The notes beneath the pieces are model-generated. The model searched no databases. It saw only the letters and a program-made list of their open reading frames with translations, and was not told where the DNA came from. A stretch of 64,000 nt of DNA from Trichinella spiralis (taxonomy: Eukaryota): NCBI RefSeq assembly GCF_000181795.1, contig NW_003526941.1, positions 9,182,692-9,246,691 on the forward strand, given 5' to 3'. Of the stretch, positions 14,201 through 27,231 are shown in pieces. Within the stretch, counting starts at the first letter, position 1; each line of letters starts with the position of its first letter. The position numbers were made by a program, and so were the translations under genes.

Positions 14201-16448
14201 TCGCTTCATCGAATGATCCACTGCACAAATAATAATAATAACAATAATAATCATATCATTTGCTGTTTACCAATTTCATGCTAATTCAGCTAACATTGTA
14301 CATGAAGAATACGAAAAAAAAACCAACTGCTACTACTAATATATACATATATATACTACGCGATGATAGTTTCTGTATCAAGTTATCTTAAAACAAACAA
14401 AAAAAAATTAATTTTACAATTTCATCTCAAAAAGAAGCAAACAATATAAACAATAAATTTCATTCTTGATTTTTTTTCTACTCATTAAAAATTAATTGTC
14501 AAACTGTGAAGATGAAAAATCAAAATAAAAACACGCAGATAAGTGAAATTGGCAGGCAGCCAGGCTTTAAAAAACAATTACTACTTGTATAAAATTACAA
14601 TTGCGTTCGTTTTCTTTTCTTTTTTTTTGTTTTATTTTGTTTCCCGAAAGCTTTTCAACAATGCTGCTTGTTGCACATTGTTCAGTGTATTAGTAGGAAA
14701 AGAAAAGCGAACAGATGGTGAAAAATTCGTTAAAAATCAAAAAGCTGCCGCCCACGCAATTTTTGAAATCCTGCCCCAAAAGCGTTTCGCTTACAGCGTG
14801 GCATTGAAGTTTTGTGCTCTGAAGAACAAAGTGACCGCAGGACGCCAAAAACGGAAAACAACAACTTCGTTTGGAAGATAAATTTCACATACGGCGTGGT
14901 ATATGAGCGCACCGCTGCTAAGACCCGGCCGAGCACACAGTGTTTTGGGTCAAATGGCGCCAGCTGACCACGATCGGTCTGAAGATTAGCTTTCAGAAGA
15001 AGCGTCAAGCGGTGTTTTGAAAGCTTATTTGTTTGTTGCTTGCTTTGTAGTTTGCAAAAGCTTCCGTCAGCAGCGTTGGGCACGCCAAAACAATGGCCCC
15101 AACTGACCCCAGTCAAAGACGGTCAGCTGACGTTAGCATCGCGTGCCAGTCGCGCGTGCCGGCCAACTTCCACTGCTTACAGTGGCAAATGCAATACTTT
15201 TTCATAAACAGCTAATCATTTTTCCAGCTAAACGGACAAGGAGCCGAACAGCCGGTGATGACATGACATCGAATAAGCATTTCTCAAATAAGCAACCAAG
15301 CCAATCTGACCGATCACTCAAAAATCCGATCAAACCAACTTTTCAATAAAATAAATAATACTAGAGCAAAAAATCCCAGAATCCTTCTCTTCACTTTTAC
15401 GTTTCATGCGTCTCTTCTCCTTACACTGAATGAAGCAAACACAAGCTAACTGTAGAAGAACAACAAAAAAAAAACTAAGTAACAGCATACTGAACTTTTC
15501 TCTTGTCTTATTTTTAAATATTTAATGTAAAACAACAACAAACTAACTAACTATACATTCGTTTGTATAAAACGGTGTATGTATATTTATCATGTGTTGC
15601 ACATGTGTAAAATCCTTCGGGGGAAATTACTATTCTTCTTAAAACCAACTTGTCCTTGACATAGATTAATATTTTTACATATGCATACATAAATGATAAA
15701 CAGTCGTTGATTTTTAAAAAGCTTTTTTGAAAGTTTAAATTTAGCTAATTAAAAATTGAATTACACGTAAATAAGCAGCTAAATTTCAATTGATGCATGC
15801 AATAATGATGAAATGGAATACCAACTGTTTGTTGACCGTTGAAGCAAATTAATAAAAAAAAATAGCTCATATATATATTAATGAAAATAAATAAACCTTA
15901 ATTGTAATTTCATTATTGATTGAAATAAATGTCCAATGAAATGGAAAAACAACAACTGGATAAAAAGATAGCGATTTAAAAAGAAGTTGCCATTTATATT
16001 TCAATTTTATGTTGAGAAAAAAAAGAATAATAAAATAGACATTATCTTTTGAATTATAAGAATATTGATAGATATGCTATACAATGCACGATTAGTTGTT
16101 TATTTATAGCCGATGATATAGGTCGATAGGAAATGTATTTTTGAAGAAATTGAACGCAGTTATGGCGGAAAATATCAAAGAAATCGAATTAGATAATAAA
16201 ATGGAAGCGCTTGTAAGTTGGAAAATTTATGACGCCCGAGACGCTGATGACCAAGTGTTGGTTGGTATGTAGGCCGGATGCTATTTCCGGCCAAGCACCA
16301 ACAATCGACTGACGACCAAGATGCAAAAGATGCCAGCCAGGTGCTAAATATGAAACGAACTGACGTGCTGACGACGACTGACAATGCCTTGCCAACTAAC
16401 TGATAGGCTACCTACCTCTCTATCGAGGTGGCTGGTTTTAATGGCCAT

Positions 16449-16617
16449 CTATCTATCTGTCTATCTATCTATCTATCTATCTATATAAATGGCAAGCGGT
16501 GGAACTAGTGGAGAATATGTAGAACTACTAAATGCCAGCAGTCTAGCTAGCTGTCACTAGTAACTGGCTAGTTACTAGCTAAGTAGCTAGTTAGCTAGCC
16601 AACTAGTTGAGAGCTAA
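16449..16617. repeat. (TCTA)n tract followed by a degenerate (GCTA)n cluster
   Basis: ctatctatctgtctatctatct... at 16449-16484; ctagctagct...gtagctagttagctagcc at 16543-16600. Confidence 0.8.
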
Positions 16618-19600
16618 CTTTCAAACATGATGAAGAAGAACTAGCCAATTTGAAAATTAGCTGTACAGCTTAGATGATGATGAAGAAGTGGAGAAGAAAG
16701 CAGACGAGGAAAAAGCAACAAACAAGCAGCTGGCCGTTTCCAATTTTCCAGAAACGCCAGCCGCAATCAGATCACCACAGAGAGGTAGTAGTAGTAGTAG
16801 TAGTAGGTAATTTCCGCTCGAGCACGATGACAACAAATGCTTCAACGGTTCACAACTGCTCGCATCTGTTGACAGTTTGACAAGAGGTTTGCTGTTTCGC
16901 GGTTGTTGGGCAGTAAACAACGTTCCCAATCGTTTTTATTCTCTTTTCAATTTTCAATCCAATAAAGCAACAAAATTTGTTGAAGAAAAAAACAAGATAG
17001 AAAAATATGTATTTTGTGCCGTTGTTGTTCAAGTTGTTGTATTTTTGTCAAGGATGCTTGATAATAAAACAGTTTATAACATTAATTAATTAAATAGAAT
17101 TGAAAAGCGTGTTTTGTTTGACTCTTGTGGTAAAAAAGTTTTCGGAAAAAAGCAACTACTGAATATGAAATTCATAAAACACAAATTTGCCGTCGAAAAA
17201 TACTGAAATGGTGATTATGCTTTTCAATCAATCAATCAATCAATATACTTCAAAGCATACGAAAGTGAAATAAATATTACCATGATAACTTACAAATGAA
17301 CACTTTATGGGAACAATAAATTTCCGTTGCTAGCAACTTCTCACAAAGGGGCATTGAAATTTTCAAATTATAAATTTGTTTATAAAAATTTTTAAGCAAA
17401 AAATACAAATACGATGATTATTTCAATTTCTTTCTGTTGAAAAATTCCCATTTGCTATTCATTTTTTCCCACAAAACTGTTCGAGTATATTTGCATTGTT
17501 GTTGTGATGAAAAAAGTTTTCTCGCTAGCTAGCTAGATAGCTTGCCTGTTTGTTTGTTCACCTCATACTTTGGTAGACGGTTGTTCCGTTGAATCGAAAA
17601 ATTAAATTTGCAAATGAAAATGGCAAAAAAAAATTGAACTGTACAGATTCAGTTGGCAAACTGATGAAATTTGCATGTGAAAAAAAAAAGCTTTTTCCTT
17701 TCCAGCTTACGTGCATTAGAACATACCAACCATAAACATAAATAATAGTACTTAATCGGTAACAAATTTTGTGAAAAAAAGTAAGAAAAAAGAAAGTTTT
17801 CGACTTGTTTGAATGTGAAAATTTCTATGAATATATAATGTCAATCTTCGTGGTGGCAGCTTTGCTGGCACAGTTGCGTTGAAATCGTCAAGCTCATTTT
17901 GTTTTTCAGACAAAATTCCCCAGCTACTGACTGACTGACTGCTGCTACTAATGACAATCGAACAGCAGCTGCTTGGAATAGCTAAGCTACTACACATAAA
18001 TGCACAGCACATATAAATGCGTATTACACATCAAATTGCTAAATTGCACATCATCCGCATCACACTGTGTTCCACAATATGAGGCAACAATTTTTCACCA
18101 CAACTGTACATTGTTGAACATCAATTTTACATCAAAATTTGTATTTAATCTATCATTTCTTATCGACAAAAAGAAGCCCATCCATTTATCCGTCTATCTA
18201 CAATCAATGAATCAATCCATCGGATCTGCTGCACAATGCCAACTTCACACATCCTTAGTAGTCTATTTTTTTACAAGAAAAACTTTTTTCAAACAAAACC
18301 AAAATGTATATGAAAATGAAAAACTTTTTTAAATAAAATTAAATTAAATTAAACACTGACTTGATGAAAGATTTCTATGCAAACTTCTGCCGGTCAATTT
18401 CCAATTGTCTACAGTTGCATGTGTTGGGTTCCATGGTTGGTCACATCACAAATTCTGTTCAAAGAGACACAGACGTTTTCATTGTACAGTGAATAAAAAT
18501 AATAAATATTTTTTCATTGCACAATCAATTTGCTGAATTGATCAAAAACTGGCTAATCAAGCTCGCACTGTAAACAGTAAATACGATAAAACGTCGGCGT
18601 CTCAGGTAACTGACTGTTCACTGGAGGTTGCTATGAGAAACCAGTATTCGTCGAATTCTTCCTCCTGTTGCGTCATTTTAGCAAGCTTCATCATCATCAT
18701 CATCATCATCATCAGTGGAGGACAATCAATCGTCCGGTATGTTAATGTAATGTAATAGAATAATGTTCAGCTTTGGAATTTTTTCCCATTCACACAGTAT
18801 CAAAAGAGAGAAAAAAATAGAAATAACACAATAAAGACGGAAGGAACACAGGCAGGCAGGCAGGCAGAGAGAGATGCACAGACATACGCATGCAGAAGTG
18901 GAGGAATATGAATGACGGAGGGAATGGTTGAAAAAAAAATAAACATAAAGAAAAAGCAAGAAGTAAAAAAGAGAGAAAATGCAAGAAAGCCTGTTTCAAA
19001 GTTCCACCTATATATATAATGCAATACGGCTAACTAGCTGGACTGTGTGAAGTTGTCGTTGTCGTTGTTGTTCATAGAAAACTATTATTCTGGCTTGATG
19101 GAAAAAAAAGAACAAAATTAAACAGCTTCTAACAAAAGCAACAAAGCATGCATGTCTGCATGTTCCAACAGTGAAGGAAGACCTGTTGCTACTTGCTTGC
19201 TTGCTTGCTTGCTTGCTCATTTGGTCGAGGACAACGGCAGCTATATACCAACAACACAATTTGCCGTCAGTACGAAAAGAACCTGCTTCACATCACAAAT
19301 ACTGACTATGCAAATTTTTACAATTCAACCAATTTACAATTATCAAAAAATAAAATGAAAACTTTACACAAAGCATAAAATAATAATAATAACTGAAAAT
19401 CCCACCAATAATAGATTTTCATCACCTATGAACAAATAATATTGTTTGAAAAAATGACATTTCCAAAAAAAAATTATATATTTCCAATTGTCAATTTAGA
19501 AACATAAAGAAGAGGGAGTGTAAATTTTGCCCAATTTCCACATATAACAAAATTTTTAAACTTCAAATTTCCATAAGTGAATAAAATGGACCAAACTACC

Positions 19601-21857
19601 ACTAATGATATTGTGATTATTCATCAAGCTGATGCGAATTTTTGCAAACCATTTTCCAACTTTGCACCCCCAAATGCGTAATAATAAATACTTTTACAGT
19701 ACAAATTCAAACATTCCAGACGAATTCGTTTTTCCATACGCTATTCTGACATGATCTGAGATTTAATCGCATTTGCTCGTTTTTTTTGAACATTTTATAG
19801 CCAATTGGCTTTGGATATATCACATCGACAAAATCAATGCCTTCCGTTATCTGAATATGGGGAAAAAAATCAAAAAGCACTCTTGAAAAATTTGAATCGG
19901 CAACAACGCTCACACTGACTGACAAGTTTGAATATCGAAACAATCGTCATGCAGATGATGATTACAGAAATAACGAAAAATATCAAATTCAACGATCAAT
20001 TTCAATCCCACGCATGAATACTTAACTTCCACTTTCCTTTATCTACAGATACGGTAGGTAGCATATCCGCACGACCACATCAACATGTTGAAAAAAAGCA
20101 AATTATATTTTTTCACACCAATTGCTCATTTCACTATAACTGACGATTAAACACAACACAGTTTTCAAACTTATTTCTACAGTTATTGTTTTTCACCGCA
20201 TTAACTATAATTTAAACGTTTCAAATGTTCAAACAACAGAAAAACAAACATCCATCCGGAATACTAATAATACTTAATTGTGATAATTTTCCACGCCTGA
20301 ACACTGAACAACTACAACTACAACTGCTTGAGAAAGTGAAAACTACATTGCTAATGCTACATTTCAATACAAAACATTCCCCACATGGATGAACAAATGA
20401 AAAAAAATTTTCTTACCTTCAGCTTTTTTTTCTTCACACATTGAAAGATGAACAAATTTGCCAAACGGGAAATTGTAAATAAACAAATTGAATTACAAAT
20501 TACCAATTTTAACTTTTCAAAAAACACCAAACTTTCCTAAAACAAAAAAAAACATATCAAAGAAAATAAAAAAAATCATTCTTTTCATATCAGAAACATT
20601 TTCTCACTTCTCTCCAATGGCCAATGTATTTTTTCTCATTTAACGTGTTAGCATTTGATATTTCTGTTCAATTGACCAATTTAACAAATCGTTTCACCGG
20701 AAAAGTCTCAAAAAACGCGCTAAAACAAAGAAAAACACATGCCGAATCAACAAACAAATAATAACGTGCTTAAAAATAGCTAATAATAACACGGCTTTAT
20801 ATCCGAAAATTTGTATTGATACAAAAAAGAAAGCTAAATTATCTTGTTGTGATTTCGAAGAAAAGAAAACTTTAAAACTCGAAAAATACTCCAACATCAT
20901 CAACCGGAAATTGATAGCAGAGAGGAAAAATTCATTTTACACACAGACCAGACAATTTATACTGCATTTTGTAGAATTGTGACGCTAAAAGTTGAAAACT
21001 ATGACGAAAAAAAAACAAATACGTTCAAGTAAATGCATTTGTTTAAAATTTAAACAGAAAATGAAAACAGTGTTGTAATTGAAAACTACCATCACATATA
21101 TTTTTGGCAAATTTATAGTTCAGAACTAGCGAAAAAATGAAATTTGAACTTTCTGAAGCTAGAATTTCTAATTTTTTGTTCATACAATCGCTTCTGTGCG
21201 AGAAAAGTTGCACACGAACGACACTGTTAAAATCACTTAATTGAACACTGAAAAGGATTGAGACGAACGTGAACATTTCACGTAAAATATTGCGAAATAT
21301 TAGAAGAATACAGCACCGTTCATTCTTATTTTCATGAAATAAACAGTTAAAGGTTCATTTAACAAAGGCTGGAAAAACCACCGGCGCTGAATTACGAGCC
21401 GCGGTTCACGGCGGTAAATTTCACGTTCGTCTCATGCATACCGTAATCTTTCAAAAAATTAACTTGATATTTACTTACTGTAGCTATATCTTCAGAATTC
21501 GGCATTTTCCCGCGAAGAAACACGTGTATTTCAATGTTGCGTATTAAAATTAAAATACGAAAAAATAAAAAGATAGAATGCATTAAAAAAACATCATTTT
21601 CAACAGCAAAACAAACTTGCTAATCAACTTATGCGACAGCACCGTAATTTTTATTTAATCCATTGAAATAGAAAGGAAAAAATTTTTAATTTGCACAGCA
21701 AACGGAAGAAATTTATGAAAACCGAGTAGAAACAATTCTCACAGGAAGATTGAAGTACTGTTATCGTAACATTTGATCATGTACAAATTGGCAAGTTAAT
21801 ATTGATTTCTTCACACTACTGTCTGTGTACAATAAATTGCAAATCCCGTATTGTCAA

Positions 21858-23635
21858 TTAATCTTTCGATGTTGAATGTTCAGCAAAGGATAATCTGGCA
21901 TCGTCAAACTCATGATCAATCTGATCAATTAACTCTTCAGGTTCTACCATCAACTCTTTCACTCGTTCATCTTTCATTAATGTCATTTTCAAATCTGGCG
22001 TAGCAGTGCTTCTTTCTTCATTTTTGCTAGAACTCTATAATGTTCAGTTATCAGATTTGAAAATTAAAGAAAAAGAAAGAAATTCAATTCAATACTAACC
22101 ACTGGTGAAGAACGACCGCTCGAAGAAACACCTTGAGGTGCAGTGTGATATTCCACATCTAGCTCTTCTGGTGCAAGCTGAAAAGCAGATAAATAAGGTT
22201 GATTGGAAAGGCAAGCTAGTTCGTGAGCAAGCAATATAACGCCCGAATTCAAACCAGCATTGCTAGTGCTGGATGAATTCTTAGTTAGAGGATAAATAAG
22301 AAGCGCAGGGGAAGAAGCTTTAACTCGATGGTGAGTTGCAGAAGCACTCGCATCACCGCTTTGAACAACAGAATCTACCAAGTCTTCGATATTTAGCGAG
22401 GAAATGAAACGCATACGATCTACTGGCGATCGGTTAGCATCCAATATTCGAGAATCACTTGAATCAGCATTCACACTTACAGTATTAAAACTACTCTTTT
22501 CTAAGGGTGGTGAGAGAGATTTATTTTCAGCTAACTCAAGCTAAAATAAAAGAAAAAAAATCAACCAAAAACAAAACAAAACAAGACAAAACAAAAAGCT
22601 TCTTGATTTGAAATTAAAAATCTTACAGACGAAGTACAAGGTGGCCCCGGTGATTCACTACCAACACCAGGATCTCGTTTACCAAGACTTCTCTTTTCGT
22701 GGATCTCTTCGCTGATGCGTTCAAGATTTCTCAACGACGTATTGTAGTCGGACTTCTTTTGTCGAATCTCTGCTTGAAGACGTTGTATAAGTGCTTTTTG
22801 ATTTTGCAATACGCGCATAAATTCCACTTTGGCTTCAAAGTAGGGTTTGGATTTTTGAATACTGCGCTATAAAAAATTTTTTAATAAAAAAACAAAAAGT
22901 ATTCATCAAATCGACAAAAAAAAATTCTACCTTCAGCTGACTTTCCAATGCGGAAACTTGTTTAGTGGCAGATTCAACTAAACGAGATACTTCTTCGTGT
23001 TCTTTTTCACTCTGAAGGCGTTCCCATTCCGCCTCGTTCACCCGTTTGTTGTGATGATTGAGAACCTCAAGACATGCAGGATCGACATGCTCTGTTCCTT
23101 GGCGATTTAAACTTTCCTGCGTAAGTGTAACCTGCTGCTTGGCAATAGAGTGCATACGGTTGGCTCGTTCAAATCTCAATGCCGCTCTCTGAGCTTCCTG
23201 TTGCGCTTCGAGCACCTATGAATCATCTCGATCAAATAATTGACAAAACAAATCATGCAGTAAATAGTATTCAGCAAGTAAGGAAGTAATAATAATAATG
23301 ATTATTATACAATAAAAGAATCACAGTCAAATAATTGATAGATAAAAATGATTCACCTTGATGCGGGCTTCGTAATATGGCCGCGATTTTTCAATACACG
23401 TACCCAACTTTTTGGCCATTTGAGACAACTTCTGGGTCCAAGAAGATTGCGCATCACGAAACATCGTCTGCGCTTCGTCCAACTGCAACTCCAATTTGTT
23501 GATAACATCGGTAGCAATGTTGAGCTTTTCGAGCTCTTCGTGCACTCGGTTCAAATCACCGGCAGCCATCGTCTGAGTTGGACTTGACAAACCGATTGAT
23601 TCACTGGGCGAATCGGAATCTGTACTTTTGTTCAT
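21858..23635 (-). CDS. SH3BP5: SH3 domain-binding protein 5 homolog (SH3BP5/parcas/REI-1 family, coiled-coil Rab11 GEF); multi-exon
   Basis: ORF pieces contain 'RVHEELEKLNIATDVINKLELQLDEA...LGTCIEKSRPYYEAR', 'AALRFERANRMHSIAKQQV', 'LEVLNHHNKRVNEAE' and 'YNTSLRNLERISEEIHEKR', typical of the family, joined by GT-AG introns. ATG at 23635; last exon starts at 22034 and ends ...HSTSKD-TAA at 21858. Confidence 0.9.
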
Positions 23636-24309
23636 TTTGTCCCAAAAACCCTACTCTGCAATTTCCGTGATGAACAACAAACCTACGCACACCAGACGTG
23701 CGACACGCCAAGCACGTCACTTATTAATATGTACTGTAATTAAAAAAAGTTAAGTTAAATTATTTTAAAAATTATGAATTTTCCTTTTTAAAGCATAAAT
23801 TGCTTTTTAATAAATTTGAAACAAGTTTTACATGTGTATTATTTTGAATTTTAATCGGTTTAACTTTAAAATTTTACAATTTATTCATGTTAAATAATTT
23901 ACAGTAATCACACTGGCTCATTTTTGTTAAAATTGAAAAACAACTCCAACTTGGACAACTTTTTCATTTAATTTTAAATTTTTCCTGCAATTTATTTGAT
24001 GATTTGTCATTGTTAAATTTCAAAATTCATTCTTTATTAATCTACATGATCATTCTGTAGGCCAGTTTGAGAAACAAAAGAAAAAATACCTTATAAAAAC
24101 ACGATTAAGCCACTTTTTCAGTTTGTGAATTGAAATTTGAAAATTTTCAAGCATCTGAAAAAAAATCATTTCATTTTGAAGCTGAAATTGTAATTCTTTT
24201 TTCAAAAGTTGCATTATCTAGGGTTCATTAAGGTTCGTTGGACTGAAAACTTATGTACTTATATTTGCTTTCATTTAAAAAATTTCAGCCCAATTCTTGC
24301 GAATCCATT

Positions 24310-24966
24310 ATGCACCAGTTGAACCGTATCACTGGAGAAAAGCCGATCCAAGTGCTGTCAGTTTGCGATCTGTTTCAAAGCAAATGGCTTTCGGCCAGGC
24401 AGATTTGGTACAGAATGGTCGGCTCTGGCGAGTCGTTCACTCACGAAGTACCGTACCGCAGCAAGTTTCCGTCCAAAGCTAGCCAAGGAAAGCCGATGGG
24501 AGTGAGCGTGATCGCGTTCCACCGGAGCCGAGCCTGCGAACCCGAGCGGCTAATCCTGGTCAAGCAGTTCCGCATCCCGTTGCTGTCCTACGTGATCGAA
24601 TTCCCTGCAGGGATGCGCGATGCCGGCGAAACGGCCGAGCAGACGGCGTTCAGGGAACTGCAAGAAGAGACCGGCTTCAAAGCAACGCGTATCCTCAGCT
24701 CGGCCGACGGGGTTCAATTCCTGAATCCCGGCTTCTGCGAAGACGACACCAAGCTGGTTGTTGTCGAAGTGGACGGAAACGATCCGGACAATTTCAGCCC
24801 GAAACAGCAGCTCGATTCCAACGAACTGATCGATGTCATTCTGGTTCCGATCAACGATCTGATGCCAACTTTGAAGAGATTCGTCTCTGAAGGCATTCAA
24901 ATTCATGCGACAGTGTACGCTTTCGCGTTCGGTTATCATTTATCCAAAAATATGATGCGATTTTAA
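24310..24966 (+). CDS. NUDT5: Nudix hydrolase, ADP-sugar pyrophosphatase NUDT5-like; coding region intronless
   Basis: Full Nudix box GMRDAGETAEQTAFRELQEETG, plus 'LVKQFRIP..YVIEFPAG' and 'VYAFA'. ATG at 24310 lies just after a TTTCAG acceptor; the ORF-track start at 24253 is probably an over-extension. Confidence 0.85.
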   Translation: MHQLNRITGEKPIQVLSVCDLFQSKWLSARQIWYRMVGSGESFTHEVPYRSKFPSKASQGKPMGVSVIAFHRSRACEPERLILVKQFRIPLLSYVIEFPAGMRDAGETAEQTAFRELQEETGFKATRILSSADGVQFLNPGFCEDDTKLVVVEVDGNDPDNFSPKQQLDSNELIDVILVPINDLMPTLKRFVSEGIQIHATVYAFAFGYHLSKNMMRF

Positions 24967-25033
24967 TTAAATTTCCAATTGATCATCAATAAATAAATAC
25001 AATTAATTATAATTATAATAATGGATAAATATC

Positions 25034-26620
25034 TCAAACAACCGATAAATCTTCATCTTTCGACGCAGTCGAATTCTTCTTCCGTCTTTCCAACTCGTTC
25101 AACAATGCGAAACGATAACGTTCGTAGGCTATCACAACTGTATTAATTTCTTGTTTGTACAATTTCAGCAGCATGTGATCAAAACAATCCAACTGAGGCA
25201 ACCGAAACAAGTCCCACTATTCGAGGATAAAAGCATGACAAAAAAGCAACCTTTGCTATTTGACAACTCTCACCTTAAGCAAACAGTCAGTCTCGTGCGG
25301 TGCATTGGCGTAGACTTTGATCCATTCCGGTATATCTTGAATGGTATAAGAGTAAAATGCAGCCGGAGATTCAAGCGCTACACCGGAAGAGCAGGCTCGT
25401 TGATTATGACTCGACAGAGGAATGTTCAACGTGCACGATGGGCAAACCGCTCTAGGCATCATAATTTCGGCACCGCTACTGGAAGTTTTTACTTTTCTCA
25501 CTATACCGGGATGTTCGTACTGGGTTTGACTAGTTATGCGGCTGAAATTGTTGGACAATCGTTAAAATAAAATTATTGTAAATGTCAATAATAATAAATT
25601 CACTTCAGGTAAAAAACACCATGTTCTGGAGAAAGCACCTTCTCCCAGCCTGGGGGCAAATTTTCCTTTTCCAACGGATGATTCCAGTGGGTTGTTTGAG
25701 TGTTGTGATCAATAAAATACTTTCGACCATGCAAAGTCCATCCAACTGACCAACCGGGTGGCAGTGGCAACTCTTCATTACTACCTAAACAGAGAATAAC
25801 AATTATTATTCATTACAAATACAAATAAACATGTTCAATCGGTAATAAAAAGAAAAATTTTATAATAATGTATACTACTTGGCACGGATGAGTTTGGCCG
25901 ACTGCTATTAGGAGAAGATAATTCTAGTTGTTCATCTGCTGTACGTAAACCGGGCGATGAAGCTTTTGAAACTAACAAAAACATTATAAAATGAAAATAA
26001 TACAATTAATGATGACATCTCTTACGACAAGAAAAACGAGACATATTGGAGCCTGACTGACCCAAGAAGTTTTCTATAGATGCCATTTTTACTGCAGTCG
26101 ATTGGGCTGGATGATCACGTCCAGTGATCGACTGCAACGAACTTCCAGGAGTCATTGCCATAGGACTGGCACCGGGTGGTGTAGAGCATGCGAGACTTAA
26201 ACGAGTCTTGTAACGACTCTCGCTGGGCAAAGATCGTCTCGAAAATGGTGATACTGCGTCCGACAAACCCGAAGCCTGGCTAACCCGGTAAAACGCTTCT
26301 TTGGGTTTGTATTTCGTCGACGACGATGAACTCGAAATCGAAAGATCACCTGAACCACTTTGCGTTGCCGAAGTCCACAAACTGGCAAGACGTTCAACTG
26401 ATTTGGATAATCTGTTGCCTTTGCTAGGCAGTTTTGGGAACAACACAACATTGTTGTAATCTACAAATCATAAAGTAACAAGCAAATACATCAATTCACA
26501 TAGAAAAAAACAGTTCTCACTTGGAATAACTGGCGGTGTATCGCGTTTCACGTAACGACCAGGTACACCGTCTATAAGTGACAACTTCGAAGCAGTATCT
26601 TTTTTCTTATTTTTCAGCAT
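25034..26620 (-). CDS. SAV1: Protein salvador homolog (two WW domains + SARAH domain; Hippo pathway scaffold); multi-exon
   Basis: N-terminus MLKNKKKD...[12 protein letters not shown]1 '[35 protein letters not shown]'. WW2 'LPPGWEKV...[17 protein letters not shown]'. C-terminal SARAH '[46 protein letters not shown]'. TGA ends at 25034. Confidence 0.9.
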
Positions 26621-27231
26621 TGGTTAATTAATAAAAAACATGCCGCATTACATTTTATTACCAATAAAAAATTTCGAACTACAGTATGAAAAGCAAGTAC
26701 AATTGATACAGAAATCAGTTTATGTTATTAAAAATAGACAGAAAAATGTAACTATCAAATATAATGTCGCGCATTTTTCAATTTAAATCCGTTTCGATGC
26801 ATTTTTAAAAATAAAAACTCTTATTTCAAATTTTTTGGTTTCACTTCGAAAAATGATTCATAATGAAGAGTCTCATAACTAACTAACAAGTAGATCATTA
26901 TTTCAAACGTTTCATTATTCATATTCATTAAAGAGTGGCAAACTTCATGATAAACTGAAAATTTACTCCCACATTAAATTTTCAGCTTTACACAATTACA
27001 GTATACTAATAATAAAACCTTTAGTCATATTAGCATATAATATACTGTAATTTTAATAATTGTAATAATTTTGTTTGTTGCAGTTTTTTAAGCTTATGAA
27101 AGATAATGGAATAATATTTAAACCTGATTTATAAATTCAATAGTTTCTTTTTTTAATTAAGTATAAACTACGAGTTAGCTGTTGTGCAATTTGAAATTGC
27201 TTGCTTTTAGACTGAATTAAGATTGCTTGCA

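Noticed and set aside
1423..21583. Many 60-130 aa ORFs from the ORF track
   Set aside because: Low-complexity translations of AT-rich and microsatellite DNA, with no domain motifs or coding bias.
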